This document shows positions 18,835 through 27,955 of a stretch of DNA of 51,903 nt, one piece after another; position 1 is the first letter of the stretch; each line of letters opens with the position of its first letter. Below the pieces are notes generated by a model that worked only from the letters and a program-made list of their open reading frames with translations, made no database searches and was not told the origin of the DNA. A program made the translations under genes and the position numbers. The DNA lies in assembly GCA_027053355.1 (NCBI GenBank), contig JALUDX010000059.1:1-51903 (forward strand), in the 5' to 3' direction. This DNA is from Anaerolineales bacterium. GTDB taxonomy: Bacteria > Chloroflexota > Anaerolineae > Anaerolineales > DRMV01.

Positions 18835-19923
18835 CTATCCTTCGGTCGGGATCTCGCGGCTCTGCAGGAGTTCGTCGAGGGCGGCCAGCAGGGTTTCGAT
18901 ATCGTGCATTTGCAACTCGCCCATGTGCGCAATGCGGAAGGCTTTGCCCTTGAGCGGGCCATAGCCGTTGGCGATGCGCATATCGCGGGGCCGCAGATAA
19001 TCGTTGATTTCCGCCGCGCCGATGCCGTGGGCGTTGAAAATCGCGGTGACCGTTTTCGAGCGATACCCTTCTGCGGCCAGCAGGTCGAAGCCCCGGGCCG
19101 TCGCCCACGCGCGCACCCGCTTGGCCATGGCTTCGTGGCGGGCAAAGCGGTTCTCCAGCCCTTCGGCCAAGATGCGATCCAACTGATAATCCAGCGCGTA
19201 GACCAGCGAGACCGCGGGGGTGGCGGGGGTAGAGTCTTTCAAGCGGTGCTTTTCCAAACGCAAGAAATCGAAATACCACCCCCGGAAGGGCACGGTTTTG
19301 GCCTTCTCCATCGCCCGGTCGGAGACCGCACCCAAGGCCAGGCCCGGCGGCAACGCCAAGCACTTTTGCGAAGAAGTGAGCACCATATCCAGCCCCCAGG
19401 CGTCCATCTCTAACTTCGCGCCGCCCAAGGACGAAACCGCGTCCACGCAGATCAGCGTGTTGGGGCTGACTGCGCGCACTGCCGCGGCGATTGCCTGGAT
19501 GGGGTTTTCCAGCCCCACCGAGGTTTCGTTGTGCACCACGGTGATGATTTCGTAGGCTTCTTGCTGCAGCGCCTGGGCCACGGCTTCGGGGGTGATCGGC
19601 TGCCCCCATGGCGCCTCCAGGCGGGTGACCTTTTTGCCGTTGGTTTCGGCCACCTCAGCCCATCGTTTGCCAAAAGCGCCGTTCACGCAGGCCAACACCT
19701 TTTCCTTTGCCAGATTGCGCACCGCGGCCTCTTGCAGGCCGGTGCCCGAAGAAGCGGTGATGAACACCCGGTGCTGGGTATAGAACAACTGGCGGGCTTT
19801 GGCCTCAGCCCGGTGAAAGATATCTTCGAACTCTGGGCTGCGATGCGGCAAAATCGGCCGCGCCTGGGCTTGCAACACATCTTCGGCCACATCCACAGGG
19901 CCGGGGACAAACATCGGAGACAT
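18835..19923 (-). CDS. Class V PLP aminotransferase (serine-pyruvate/alanine-glyoxylate type)
   Basis: MFVPGP, HRS.EF, SSGTG, VHNETS.G, DAVSSLGG, SSQKCLALPPG, FRIAHMG. Confidence 0.9.
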   Translation of the reverse strand: MSPMFVPGPVDVAEDVLQAQARPILPHRSPEFEDIFHRAEAKARQLFYTQHRVFITASSGTGLQEAAVRNLAKEKVLACVNGAFGKRWAEVAETNGKKVTRLEAPWGQPITPEAVAQALQQEAYEIITVVHNETSVGLENPIQAIAAAVRAVSPNTLICVDAVSSLGGAKLEMDAWGLDMVLTSSQKCLALPPGLALGAVSDRAMEKAKTVPFRGWYFDFLRLEKHRLKDSTPATPAVSLVYALDYQLDRILAEGLENRFARHEAMAKRVRAWATARGFDLLAAEGYRSKTVTAIFNAHGIGAAEINDYLRPRDMRIANGYGPLKGKAFRIAHMGELQMHDIETLLAALDELLQSREIPTEG

Positions 19924-19965
19924 GATGACCTCCAAAAGGGGAGAGAGATTGGGTGGGTGTTAATT

Positions 19966-20221
19966 GTAACATTCAAGCCGCCGTTCACCCTCAAGAGACA
20001 CTGCGGAACTGCGGATGACGTAGACAGAAAACCACAGAAGCCACAGAGAAGGCACCGAGAACACAGAAGGCGGGAGGGGTTGGGGTAGTAAATGGCGCTT
20101 GGTTACTTGGTGCTTGGTTACTCAGGCGCCTCACCCGGTGCCCTCGGCGCCCTAAAATCCGCGTCCATCCACCAACATCCGCGTTCATCCGTGGGCTGTT
20201 TCCCAAAGGCTGAACAGTTAC
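19966..20221. repeat. Composite intergenic element (family copy D), inverted homolog of 49111-49380
   Basis: Same module order as the reverse complement of 49111-49380: GACAGAAAACCACAGAAG..., TTGGTTAC arrays, CTCAGGCGC, CCCTCGGYGCCC, ATCCGCGTTCATCCGTGGGC...GGCTGAACAGTTAC. Confidence 0.85.
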
Positions 20222-20398
20222 ACATTCAAGTCGCCGTTCACCCTTGGGAAAATGGCTGCGAATGCCGCGAGAACGCATTGCGCGTTGAGGGAACGCCGAG
20301 AAAGCAAAAGCGCAGGGCGAGGCGTGCCCCGCCTTGCGCTTTACAACTTTTTGTGTTTTCCCGTTTGTGTATTTCCCCTTGCTGAGGCGAATAGATAG
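20222..20398. repeat. Degenerate second element in tandem with copy D
   Basis: Starts ACATTCAAGTCGCCGTTCACCCTTGGGAAAATGG, ends GAGGCGAATAGATAG, and contains a GCGCAGGGCGAGGCGTGCCCCGCCTTGCGC hairpin. Confidence 0.55.
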
Positions 20399-20399
20399 T

Positions 20400-21257
20400 T
20401 CAGGCGGCCAAATCAAGCGGCAAATCACTGATGTCGCGCAGGCGCTGCCCCGAAATCATGGTTTCCAGCAAGCCTTGGGCTGTCTCATCCCCTGCTGCTG
20501 CAACCGCCTGCTGCAGTTCGGGCAGAGCGACGTGATACACACAATCCAGGTCGCCTGTGCCCAACGCAAGGGAAGCCAGCCTGCCGGGATGCGGCTCGGC
20601 AGTGACAACCACAATGTGCGGTGTATGCCCTTTCCGGTTGCGGATGAGGTTCAGCCCTTCCGTGCGCACGTTTTGCGAACGGTCGCTGCGGATAGTCCAC
20701 TTGCAGGAAATGCTGGCGTGCAAGAGCGGCACGTGGTTGTTCACACGACGCAATGGTGAAAGGCCGGCGATAACGCGCCCTTCAACGAGATTCTCTCCCC
20801 GATTGATCGCTTTATCAGGAAGCGGCTCACGCGCCACAATGATGTCGGGGGCAATGAGGTAATCCCCCAATGCCGCCCGCAGCGCCGGATGCGCGTGTAA
20901 CGCCTCAGTCAGGTCGGCCAAATGGCGGTATTGGGCGAAATCCTGAATGTGCGCATTGAGGTAAAAACGCCAATCGCCGGGGCGAAGGTGTTGCAGCAAG
21001 CCAAAGGCTTTCTCAAGGTAACGGCGGGTAGCGGCCTCAAAGGATTTCCCCACCTGTTGCGGTTTACGTTCCTTGTGCGGCAAGCGACAACCGGCAACCT
21101 CGGCGATTTGTTCCCACATCAAGCGCGCCACTTCACGGCTGGTTTTGTTGCTCTTGTCGGCATTGTTGGGATAGCCCGCCGAGGAAAGCCAAACCACCTC
21201 ATCGCAAAGCGCACGGTGATAACGCCGCCGCAGGTTTTGCCACACCGTGAGCGTCAC
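20400..21257 (-). CDS. NgoMIV-family type II restriction endonuclease
   Basis: PNNADKSN.TS, G..FE, PGDW, DY.I.PDI.V.R, LHASISCKWTIRSDRSQN.R.E.LNLIRNRKG..PHIVVVTAEP, RLRDISDLPLDLA. Confidence 0.9.
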   Translation of the reverse strand: MTLTVWQNLRRRYHRALCDEVVWLSSAGYPNNADKSNKTSREVARLMWEQIAEVAGCRLPHKERKPQQVGKSFEAATRRYLEKAFGLLQHLRPGDWRFYLNAHIQDFAQYRHLADLTEALHAHPALRAALGDYLIAPDIIVAREPLPDKAINRGENLVEGRVIAGLSPLRRVNNHVPLLHASISCKWTIRSDRSQNVRTEGLNLIRNRKGHTPHIVVVTAEPHPGRLASLALGTGDLDCVYHVALPELQQAVAAAGDETAQGLLETMISGQRLRDISDLPLDLAA

Positions 21258-22591
21258 GACGCATCTCCCTCTTTGAGAAAGCCGAGGACGTACTCCGAGT
21301 GCATCCGCTTTTCGATGGCTGAGCCAATGCCGCCGCGCCGCGTCGGCATCATCCGGCGGTCGCGGTCCAACTGACGCTCGCCAATGCCCACACAGCGCAG
21401 CCCTACCTGCTCGCCAATGGCAGCCAAACTTTGGGGCACCCGGGCCGGCACGCCGCGCATCGTGCTCTCGCCCACGACCAACACGGCAACGCCTTCGGGC
21501 ACAAGCACCCGGCGCATTTCGTTCAGTACCCGGCGCATTTCAGAGAAATACCGGTGAAGCACTTTGCCCTTTCTGGCATCCACCGCGGCGACTTCACCCA
21601 CAGCCTGCATGGCTGCAGGCGGCAGGGCTTCCATTTCAAAGCCCTGCAACGCCTCGCCGCCGATGTATTCCTTCCGCAAAGCGCCCAATGCCCGAATGCT
21701 ATAGCCCCACCAAATCAGCGAAAACTTGTGCGCCCGCATGTAGTCAATGGCGTTGGCAGCATAGGGCGGCGATGTCACAATGAGGTGGACGCTGTTCGCA
21801 TTAAAGGGAAGGCGCTGGGCATCGGCCTCGCTCAACCAGGGGAACACCGACGGGCGGGGCGGCATCTGAGCCAACAGGCGTAAAGCCCGCCGTGCTTTTG
21901 CACGGAAGGCTTCCACTGCCGAGCGGGGTGCTTTTTCCACTTTATGGGGGCGGGTGTGGGAAAGGTCGCGTGCCTGAGCAACACTCCCCGATTTGGCAAT
22001 GATGGTGCTGGAAAACACCACCCGCAAGAAAGGCTGCACGGCAGGCGGGCTTTCCTCAATGGCCGCGCTCAAAGCAAGCAATTCCTGCTGGGTTTGGGGC
22101 AAAAACCAGTAATCGGCAAAGGCACGGGTGGGGTCGTCCAGGCGGGCTTCCCGCAAAACGGCAAGGGATCGAGGATTTTCCAGCATTTGCCGGGCGCAGG
22201 TGAGCACGGCATGGAAAGCCGATTCAAGCAATGCGGGGGCAGGCGGGGTGGCTTTGGCCGCCACTAACCGCAGTGCCAAGGGGTCAATGTCGGTGCCCAA
22301 CGCCACACGCCCCAGCCGGTGGGCTTCCAAAATCGTGGTGCCGGAACCCATCATGGGGTCAAGCACACGGTCGCCGGGCTCGGTCAGGTGGCGGATGAAA
22401 AGCCGTGGTAACGCCGGCGGAAATTTTGCTGGGAAGGGATGGAGCGCGTGCAGCGGGTCTTCCCCCTTTTGGCCGTGGAAGTTCAGGTCGCCTTCCAGTA
22501 GCAAGCGGAGTTTAGCCGCCTGCGAAGGGGCGGCCACCACTTCGGGGCGCAGTTGAGGTTGAGGCAAGGTGTATTCCAGCGGCAGTTGCAT
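21254..22591 (-). CDS. Amino-DNA methyltransferase (SPPY, probable N4-methylcytosine)
   Basis: HPFPAKFPP, motif I DPMMGSGT, then a large variable region, then motif IV VTSPPY. Overlaps the nuclease start (GTGA). Confidence 0.85.
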   Translation of the reverse strand: MQLPLEYTLPQPQLRPEVVAAPSQAAKLRLLLEGDLNFHGQKGEDPLHALHPFPAKFPPALPRLFIRHLTEPGDRVLDPMMGSGTTILEAHRLGRVALGTDIDPLALRLVAAKATPPAPALLESAFHAVLTCARQMLENPRSLAVLREARLDDPTRAFADYWFLPQTQQELLALSAAIEESPPAVQPFLRVVFSSTIIAKSGSVAQARDLSHTRPHKVEKAPRSAVEAFRAKARRALRLLAQMPPRPSVFPWLSEADAQRLPFNANSVHLIVTSPPYAANAIDYMRAHKFSLIWWGYSIRALGALRKEYIGGEALQGFEMEALPPAAMQAVGEVAAVDARKGKVLHRYFSEMRRVLNEMRRVLVPEGVAVLVVGESTMRGVPARVPQSLAAIGEQVGLRCVGIGERQLDRDRRMMPTRRGGIGSAIEKRMHSEYVLGFLKEGDAS

Positions 22592-22606
22592 AACCTCATT
22601 ATACCG

Positions 22607-24208
22607 CTACAACCCCTTCACCAAATACACCTCCCCCCGGGTGAAGCCCCGTTCCAGGTAATACTGCCGGGTGCCCACCGCGGCAATCACGGCCAAGCGG
22701 CGGAAGCCCGCGGCCCGGGCGATGCGGTCGGCTTCTGCCAGCAGGCGGGTGCCCAGGCCGATGTGCTGGGCCGCACCCTCTTGCGCCGCGCCCACGGGCA
22801 GCGATTGGCCGTACACATGCACTTCGCGGATGATGGCCGCGCCCGCCAGGTCGGCCATGCCCACATCGGGCGCTTCGGCGCGGGGCAGTGAAAGCCGCAA
22901 AAAGCCTGCCAGGCGGTCGTCTGGGGTGACGAATTGCAGGAAGTGCTCTTCCGCGTGGGCTGCGGCGTAGGTGAAATCTTCCAGCCGCAGCAGGTCGGGG
23001 CGCACGGGCTGGCCCCGCACCTCGCGGCAGCGGATGCAGCGGCAGCGGGTGCCGCGCCGCGCCATTTCGGCCAGCACGTCCTGCCGCAAACTGGTGCGCT
23101 TGTTGCCCGCCACCACGTGGGTCGAGGGGATGTCGCGAATCACCCGGTTGATGCGGCAATAGGGCGGCACCGTGGCCTTGACGTCGGCCAGCAGACCGAT
23201 CAGTTCCTCGGTGGTATAGGGGGTGTAGCCGCCCTGCTTCCAGATTTCGTAGAGTGCGGTATTGGGCAGCAATTGGGTGGGGTAAATTTTCAGTTCGTCG
23301 GGGCACAAGCCCTGCCATAGGCGGGCGAAATCGGCGCGGTCGCTCTGGGGCGTGGCGCCCAGCAGGTTGGGCATCCAGTGCGCCACGATTTTGAAGCCCG
23401 CCGCCCGCAGCAGCGCCGCGGCGCGCAGGTTGTCTGCCACCGTGTGGCCGCGCTTGTTGAGGGCCAAAATGCGGTCGTCCATGCTCTGGAAGCCCACCTG
23501 CACCTTGGTCACGCCCAGTTCGCGCAGCCGGCGCAGGGAAGCGGGCGACACGTGGTCGGGCCGGGTTTCCACCACCAGCCCCACATTGCGGTGGCGGGCG
23601 GTTTCGTTGTGGCGCTGGGCGGCTTCCAGGGTTGGGGCGCGGCATTCGCCCTCCTGCTGCCACGCGGCGGGGCAGTCGTCCGCGTTGAGGGCGTCGAACA
23701 GACGGCGGATGAACCACGTCTGGTAATCCTTGGGGTAAGCCGTCCACGTGCCGCCCAACACCAGCAACTCGATTTTGTCGGTGGGGTGGCCGACGGCTTC
23801 CAGCGCGGCCAGGCGGGCGCTCACCTGGGCGTAGGGGTCGAAGGCGTGCATCAGCGCCCGCTGCGCGCCGGGCTCGTCGGGCAGGTAACTCTTGGGCATC
23901 CGCACGTCGTCGGGGCAGAAAATGCACTCGCCGGGGCAGGGGTAGGGCTTAGTGAGCACCGTAACCACCGTCACGCCCGAAAGCGAGCGCACCGGCTTCA
24001 GGCGGATGCGCGCCAGCAGGTTTGGGTCGGCTTCCCAGACGCCGCTTTCCACCAACCGGCGGTAGGCCGCCACCAAGGCGCTCTTGCTCAGCAGCCCATG
24101 CGGCAGCGGGTGGCGCTTGATGGCCGTCATCACGTCCAGGCCGTCGCGGATGGCTTCCAGCGCGGCCACGGCCTGGGCAAAGGTTTCGGGGGGGAGGGGG
24201 TTCGTCAT
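22607..24208 (-). CDS. elp3: Elp3-type radical SAM/GNAT tRNA U34 carboxymethyltransferase
   Basis: KPVRSLSGV..V.V..KPYPCPGECIFCP...PKSY...EPG; GGTW; ETRPD; HWMPNL; KIYP; RVIRDIP; C.CIRCRE; GFLRL; IREVHVYG; QHIGLG; VIAAVGTRQYY. Confidence 0.93.
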   Translation of the reverse strand: MTNPLPPETFAQAVAALEAIRDGLDVMTAIKRHPLPHGLLSKSALVAAYRRLVESGVWEADPNLLARIRLKPVRSLSGVTVVTVLTKPYPCPGECIFCPDDVRMPKSYLPDEPGAQRALMHAFDPYAQVSARLAALEAVGHPTDKIELLVLGGTWTAYPKDYQTWFIRRLFDALNADDCPAAWQQEGECRAPTLEAAQRHNETARHRNVGLVVETRPDHVSPASLRRLRELGVTKVQVGFQSMDDRILALNKRGHTVADNLRAAALLRAAGFKIVAHWMPNLLGATPQSDRADFARLWQGLCPDELKIYPTQLLPNTALYEIWKQGGYTPYTTEELIGLLADVKATVPPYCRINRVIRDIPSTHVVAGNKRTSLRQDVLAEMARRGTRCRCIRCREVRGQPVRPDLLRLEDFTYAAAHAEEHFLQFVTPDDRLAGFLRLSLPRAEAPDVGMADLAGAAIIREVHVYGQSLPVGAAQEGAAQHIGLGTRLLAEADRIARAAGFRRLAVIAAVGTRQYYLERGFTRGEVYLVKGL

Positions 24209-24514
24209 CGTCTCATCCGTGCGCAGCACCTGGTGGCTTGGCCGCGGCTCAGTCCTGGCCGTCGAAGCGTGCTGCCCCTGTATTCTACTTGACTTTTGCC
24301 GCTCGCGCGGTCGGTAGGGGAAATTCCCCTCAGCGGGCCATGACCATCGTGCGCCCGCGGCAGCAGGGGCCCTCAAATCCTTCCCCGGTGGGAGGCCAAC
24401 CGTCCTGTGGGACGATGTTTTTCGCGCCCGGGTGAGGCACAATCAAAGCAGCGTAGCCGCGCGTGGGGCAGTGCCCCAACCCGGCTTCACGGCATCCCCT
24501 TACAGGAGGTTGGT

Positions 24515-25246
24515 ATGGACACACCCGCGCTTCGTTTGACCGATTTGACCAAACGCTTTGGCGCTGTTTTGGCGCTGGATCATCTCCATCTGGAAGTGCG
24601 CCGTGGGGAATGTTTGGGCTTCCTCGGCCCCAACGGGGCAGGCAAGACCACCACCATCGGCTTGATTTTGGGGCTGTTGCACCCCACGGCTGGCCGGGTG
24701 GAGGTTTTCGGCCGGCCGGTCACCCCGCGTCAGCAGGCCGCGCTGCGACAAGTAGGCGCGCTGACCGCGGCGCCGGGCTTTTACCCCTACCTTTCGGGCC
24801 GCGACAACCTGCGCCTGCTGGCTCGCCTTTACCCAGAAGTGGACGACCGGCGGGTGGAAGAGGTGCTCGCCGAGATGGGGCTCACTCAGGCGGCGGGGCG
24901 CAAGGTCAAGGGGTATTCCACCGGCATGAAGCAGCGCCTGGGGCTGGCCGCCGCCCTGCTGCACCGGCCTGCCCTGTTGGTGCTGGATGAGCCGACCAAT
25001 GGCCTCGACCCGGTGGGCATGGCCGAAATGCGCGAGCGCCTGCGCAACCTGAAGGCGCACGGTTACACCATCTTCCTCAGCAGCCATTTGCTTCACGAAG
25101 TGGAGCAGGTCTGCGACCGGGTAGGCATTTTGCATCACGGTCGCTTGCTGGCCGTAGGCCAGGTGGCTGATTTGCTGCGCGGCAAGCGTGATCTGGAAGA
25201 GGTTTTTCTGGAAACCGTAGGTCAACCCGATGGAGGTCGAAAATGA
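24515..25246 (+). CDS. ABC transporter ATP-binding protein (BcrA/ABC-2 type)
   Basis: CAGGAGG RBS; GPNGAGKTT, YSTGMKQRLG, LDEPTNGLDP, SSHLL.EVE. Confidence 0.92.
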   Translation: MDTPALRLTDLTKRFGAVLALDHLHLEVRRGECLGFLGPNGAGKTTTIGLILGLLHPTAGRVEVFGRPVTPRQQAALRQVGALTAAPGFYPYLSGRDNLRLLARLYPEVDDRRVEEVLAEMGLTQAAGRKVKGYSTGMKQRLGLAAALLHRPALLVLDEPTNGLDPVGMAEMRERLRNLKAHGYTIFLSSHLLHEVEQVCDRVGILHHGRLLAVGQVADLLRGKRDLEEVFLETVGQPDGGRK

Positions 25247-26118
25247 ACGCCCGTTTTGCTTCTCTGGTGCTTATTGAAGCGCGCAAACTGCGCGGTCGTC
25301 TGCTGCTTTGGGGGTCGTTGGCCGTGTTGGCGCTGCTGGTGGGTGTTTTGCACTTCATGCTCATCGTCACCCTGCAACACCCCTCCCCGCAGGTCCCCGC
25401 TGAAGCTGTGGCGGCCATCAAGAGCATGTTGCGCTGGCCGGCGGCTTTGGAAAACGCGCTCACCTTTGCCGACGGCGGCGGCCTGGGCGGGCTGATCATG
25501 GTCGTGCTGGCCGGCGCGTTCGTGGCGCAAGAAATCACCTGGCACACTGCGCCTTTGTGGTTGAGCCGCGCGGTGGGGCGGGGCGCGCTATTGCTGGCCA
25601 AGTTCGTGGTGTTGGCCGCGGCTGGGTGGCTGGTGGTGCTGGCCGCCTTGTGGGCCGGGGGCACAGTGACCGGCGCGTATGGGTTGCTGGCGTACCACCA
25701 TTTGCCCTGGGGGCAGGTGGACTGGCCGCGCTTGCTCTTGCACACCCTCGCGGTGGCTTATTCGCTCTTCCCCTATGTGGCGCTGGCGATGCTGGTGGCA
25801 GTGGTCAGCCGCTCTACCGTGGTGACCTTGGGCGTTAGCGTAGGCTTCAACCTGCTGATTGAAAACCTGCTGATCCAAGTGTTGCAAATGGTCTCTGCTG
25901 GGGGCGCAACGATCAGCAGTTATCTGCCGGCCATGTTGGGCCGGGCTATCACCTCGTCGTTTACCACCGCTCAGGCCCACGTCGAAGTAGGGCATGCCAA
26001 TCTCCCCGGACTGCACCTGCTTTCGCCCACGGCCGCGGCCCTACTCATCGCGGTCTACACGGGCCTGCTTTTGGCCGCGGCCGCGTTCGCCTTCTACAAA
26101 CAGGATGTGACGGTCTGA
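25243..26118 (+). CDS. ABC-2 type permease
   Basis: About six TM segments with a FVAQE......L.LS....R...LLAK pattern; coupled to the ATPase. Confidence 0.85.
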   Translation: MNARFASLVLIEARKLRGRLLLWGSLAVLALLVGVLHFMLIVTLQHPSPQVPAEAVAAIKSMLRWPAALENALTFADGGGLGGLIMVVLAGAFVAQEITWHTAPLWLSRAVGRGALLLAKFVVLAAAGWLVVLAALWAGGTVTGAYGLLAYHHLPWGQVDWPRLLLHTLAVAYSLFPYVALAMLVAVVSRSTVVTLGVSVGFNLLIENLLIQVLQMVSAGGATISSYLPAMLGRAITSSFTTAQAHVEVGHANLPGLHLLSPTAAALLIAVYTGLLLAAAAFAFYKQDVTV

Positions 26119-26164
26119 AATGGCCACCCACCCCGCGGCATAGGGTACAATGTTGAAAACAGCC

Positions 26165-26280
26165 GTCTATTCAGCCACAAGGAAATCGACCACGGAGGAC
26201 ACGGACAACCACAGATACGCACGGCTTTTCAAGTCGCCAAGAGAGGCAACCAAGCAACCAAGTAACCAGGTCACCAAGCC
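26165..26280. repeat. Half-element with 8-bp CAACCAAG array (copy G)
   Basis: CTATTCAGCC...CCACGGAGGACACGGA...GTCGCCAAGAGAGGCAACCAAGCAACCAAGTAACCAGGTCACCAAG. Confidence 0.65.
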
Positions 26281-26295
26281 CCCCAGGACACCCCC

Positions 26296-27807
26296 ATGCC
26301 CTTGCCCACGCCCAACTTCCGCCGCCTGCAGTGGAAACTCACCCTTTCGTACACCTTAGTGACCACCGCGGCCATCTTGCTCATCGAACTGGCCGCCCTG
26401 GTTTTTGCCGCCATACTCATGCAGCGAGCGCCTCTGCTACCCACGCTGATCGTCTCTTCCCTCAAAAGCGGCGCTTCACCGCTGGCCGACGCCTTGGCCG
26501 CCCAGCCCCCCGACCAGCAGAGAGCCGAGCGATGGCTGGCCGAGTTCGTGCGCTACGGCACCCTGACCACCAACCACGGCAGCCTGAAAATGCACATCGA
26601 CCCCGCGAGCATCACCCAGGCCGTGGTGGTCGACGCCCAAGCGCACGTGGTGGCCGCCTACCCACCGGCCGCGTGCGGGGCCAGCCTGGCCGCGTGCCTG
26701 CCTGCGGAAGGGGAGCACCTGCTGGCGCGCGCCCTGGCCGGAGAAAGCACCCCCGACCGCCTGGCCGAGCAAACCGAGCACGGCTTCCTCATGGCCGTGC
26801 CCATCACCCAGCCCACCAGCGGCAAAGTGGTAGGCGCCTTGTTTTTGCGGGTGACCCTGCCCTTCACCTGGGCGCAGGCGCCCAAAGTGTTCCTGCTGCC
26901 GGTGGCGCGCAGCGCGTTGGTCATTCTGCTCATCGCGGCCGTCATCGGCACCGTGTTTGGCTTCCTCACCGCCCGCAGCCTCACCCACCGGCTCAAGCGG
27001 CTGGCCACAGCCGCAGACGCATGGAGCCAGGGCGACTTCAGCGTGTTGGCCCGCGACACTTCCCAAGACGAAATCGGCGACCTAGCCCGGCGCCTCAACC
27101 AAATGGCCTCCCAACTGGAAAACCTGCTCCACACCCGGCAAGAACTGGCCGCGGTCGAAGAACGCAACCGCCTGGCGCGCGAACTGCACGACGCGGTCAA
27201 ACAACAGGTCTTCGCCGCGGGGATGCAAATCGCGGCCGCACGGCGTCATCTCCCCGCGCACCCTGAGCAGGCCCAGCAGGCCCTGGCGCAAGCGCAGCGC
27301 CTCACCCAACTAGCCCAGCAGGAACTCACCGCGCTGATCCGGGAACTGCGGCCTGCCGCGTTGAAAGACCAGGGGCTGGCCGCCGCGCTGCGCGACGCCC
27401 TCCACCGCTGGCAAGAACAGACCGGCATCCAGGCCACCCTGCACCTGCAGGGCGAGCGCCGCCTTCCCTTGGCCGTGGAGCAGACCCTCTTCCGCATTGC
27501 TCAAGAGGCGTTGAGCAACGCGGCCAAACACAGCCAGAGCACCCACGTCACCCTGCGGGTGGTCTGGGCCGCCGACCACGTGACACTCATCGTGGAAGAC
27601 AACGGCCAGGGCTTCGACCCCGCGCGCGCCCGCGGGCGCGGGCTGGGGCTTTCGAGCATGGCCGAACGCGCGGCCGAACTGGGCGGCCACGTGCACATCC
27701 ACAGCGCGCCCGGCCAGGGCACCCGCATCGAAGCCCGCCTTCCCCTTCCCCCGCCTGCAGGGGCCAAAAGCCACCCTGAGCCAGGGGATCGTTCGGCCTT
27801 GGGGTAG
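26296..27807 (+). CDS. HAMP-domain sensor histidine kinase (HisKA_3)
   Basis: Two TM segments, HAMP (DEIGDLA..LNQMA), EERNRLARELHDAVKQ, QEALSNAAKHS, DNGQGF, GLGLSSM.ER. Confidence 0.92.
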   Translation: MPLPTPNFRRLQWKLTLSYTLVTTAAILLIELAALVFAAILMQRAPLLPTLIVSSLKSGASPLADALAAQPPDQQRAERWLAEFVRYGTLTTNHGSLKMHIDPASITQAVVVDAQAHVVAAYPPAACGASLAACLPAEGEHLLARALAGESTPDRLAEQTEHGFLMAVPITQPTSGKVVGALFLRVTLPFTWAQAPKVFLLPVARSALVILLIAAVIGTVFGFLTARSLTHRLKRLATAADAWSQGDFSVLARDTSQDEIGDLARRLNQMASQLENLLHTRQELAAVEERNRLARELHDAVKQQVFAAGMQIAAARRHLPAHPEQAQQALAQAQRLTQLAQQELTALIRELRPAALKDQGLAAALRDALHRWQEQTGIQATLHLQGERRLPLAVEQTLFRIAQEALSNAAKHSQSTHVTLRVVWAADHVTLIVEDNGQGFDPARARGRGLGLSSMAERAAELGGHVHIHSAPGQGTRIEARLPLPPPAGAKSHPEPGDRSALG

Positions 27808-27923
27808 GCCGCGGATGAACGCGGGGACGAATGCAAATTACGAGTTGCGAATTAGGCCGTAGATTTTGGAGATGCCAAGGTCGCCAAGAGAGGCAACTAA
27901 GCAACCAGGTAACCAAGTCACCA
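27808..27923. repeat. Element remnant between kinase and regulator (copy H)
   Basis: CCGCGGATGAACGCGG...GTCGCCAAGAGAGGCAACTAAGCAACCAGGTAACCAAGTCACCA, near-identical to 26233-26277. Confidence 0.65.
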
Positions 27924-27955
27924 CTGTCCTTTCTCCCCTCTCTCGGAGGAACCCC

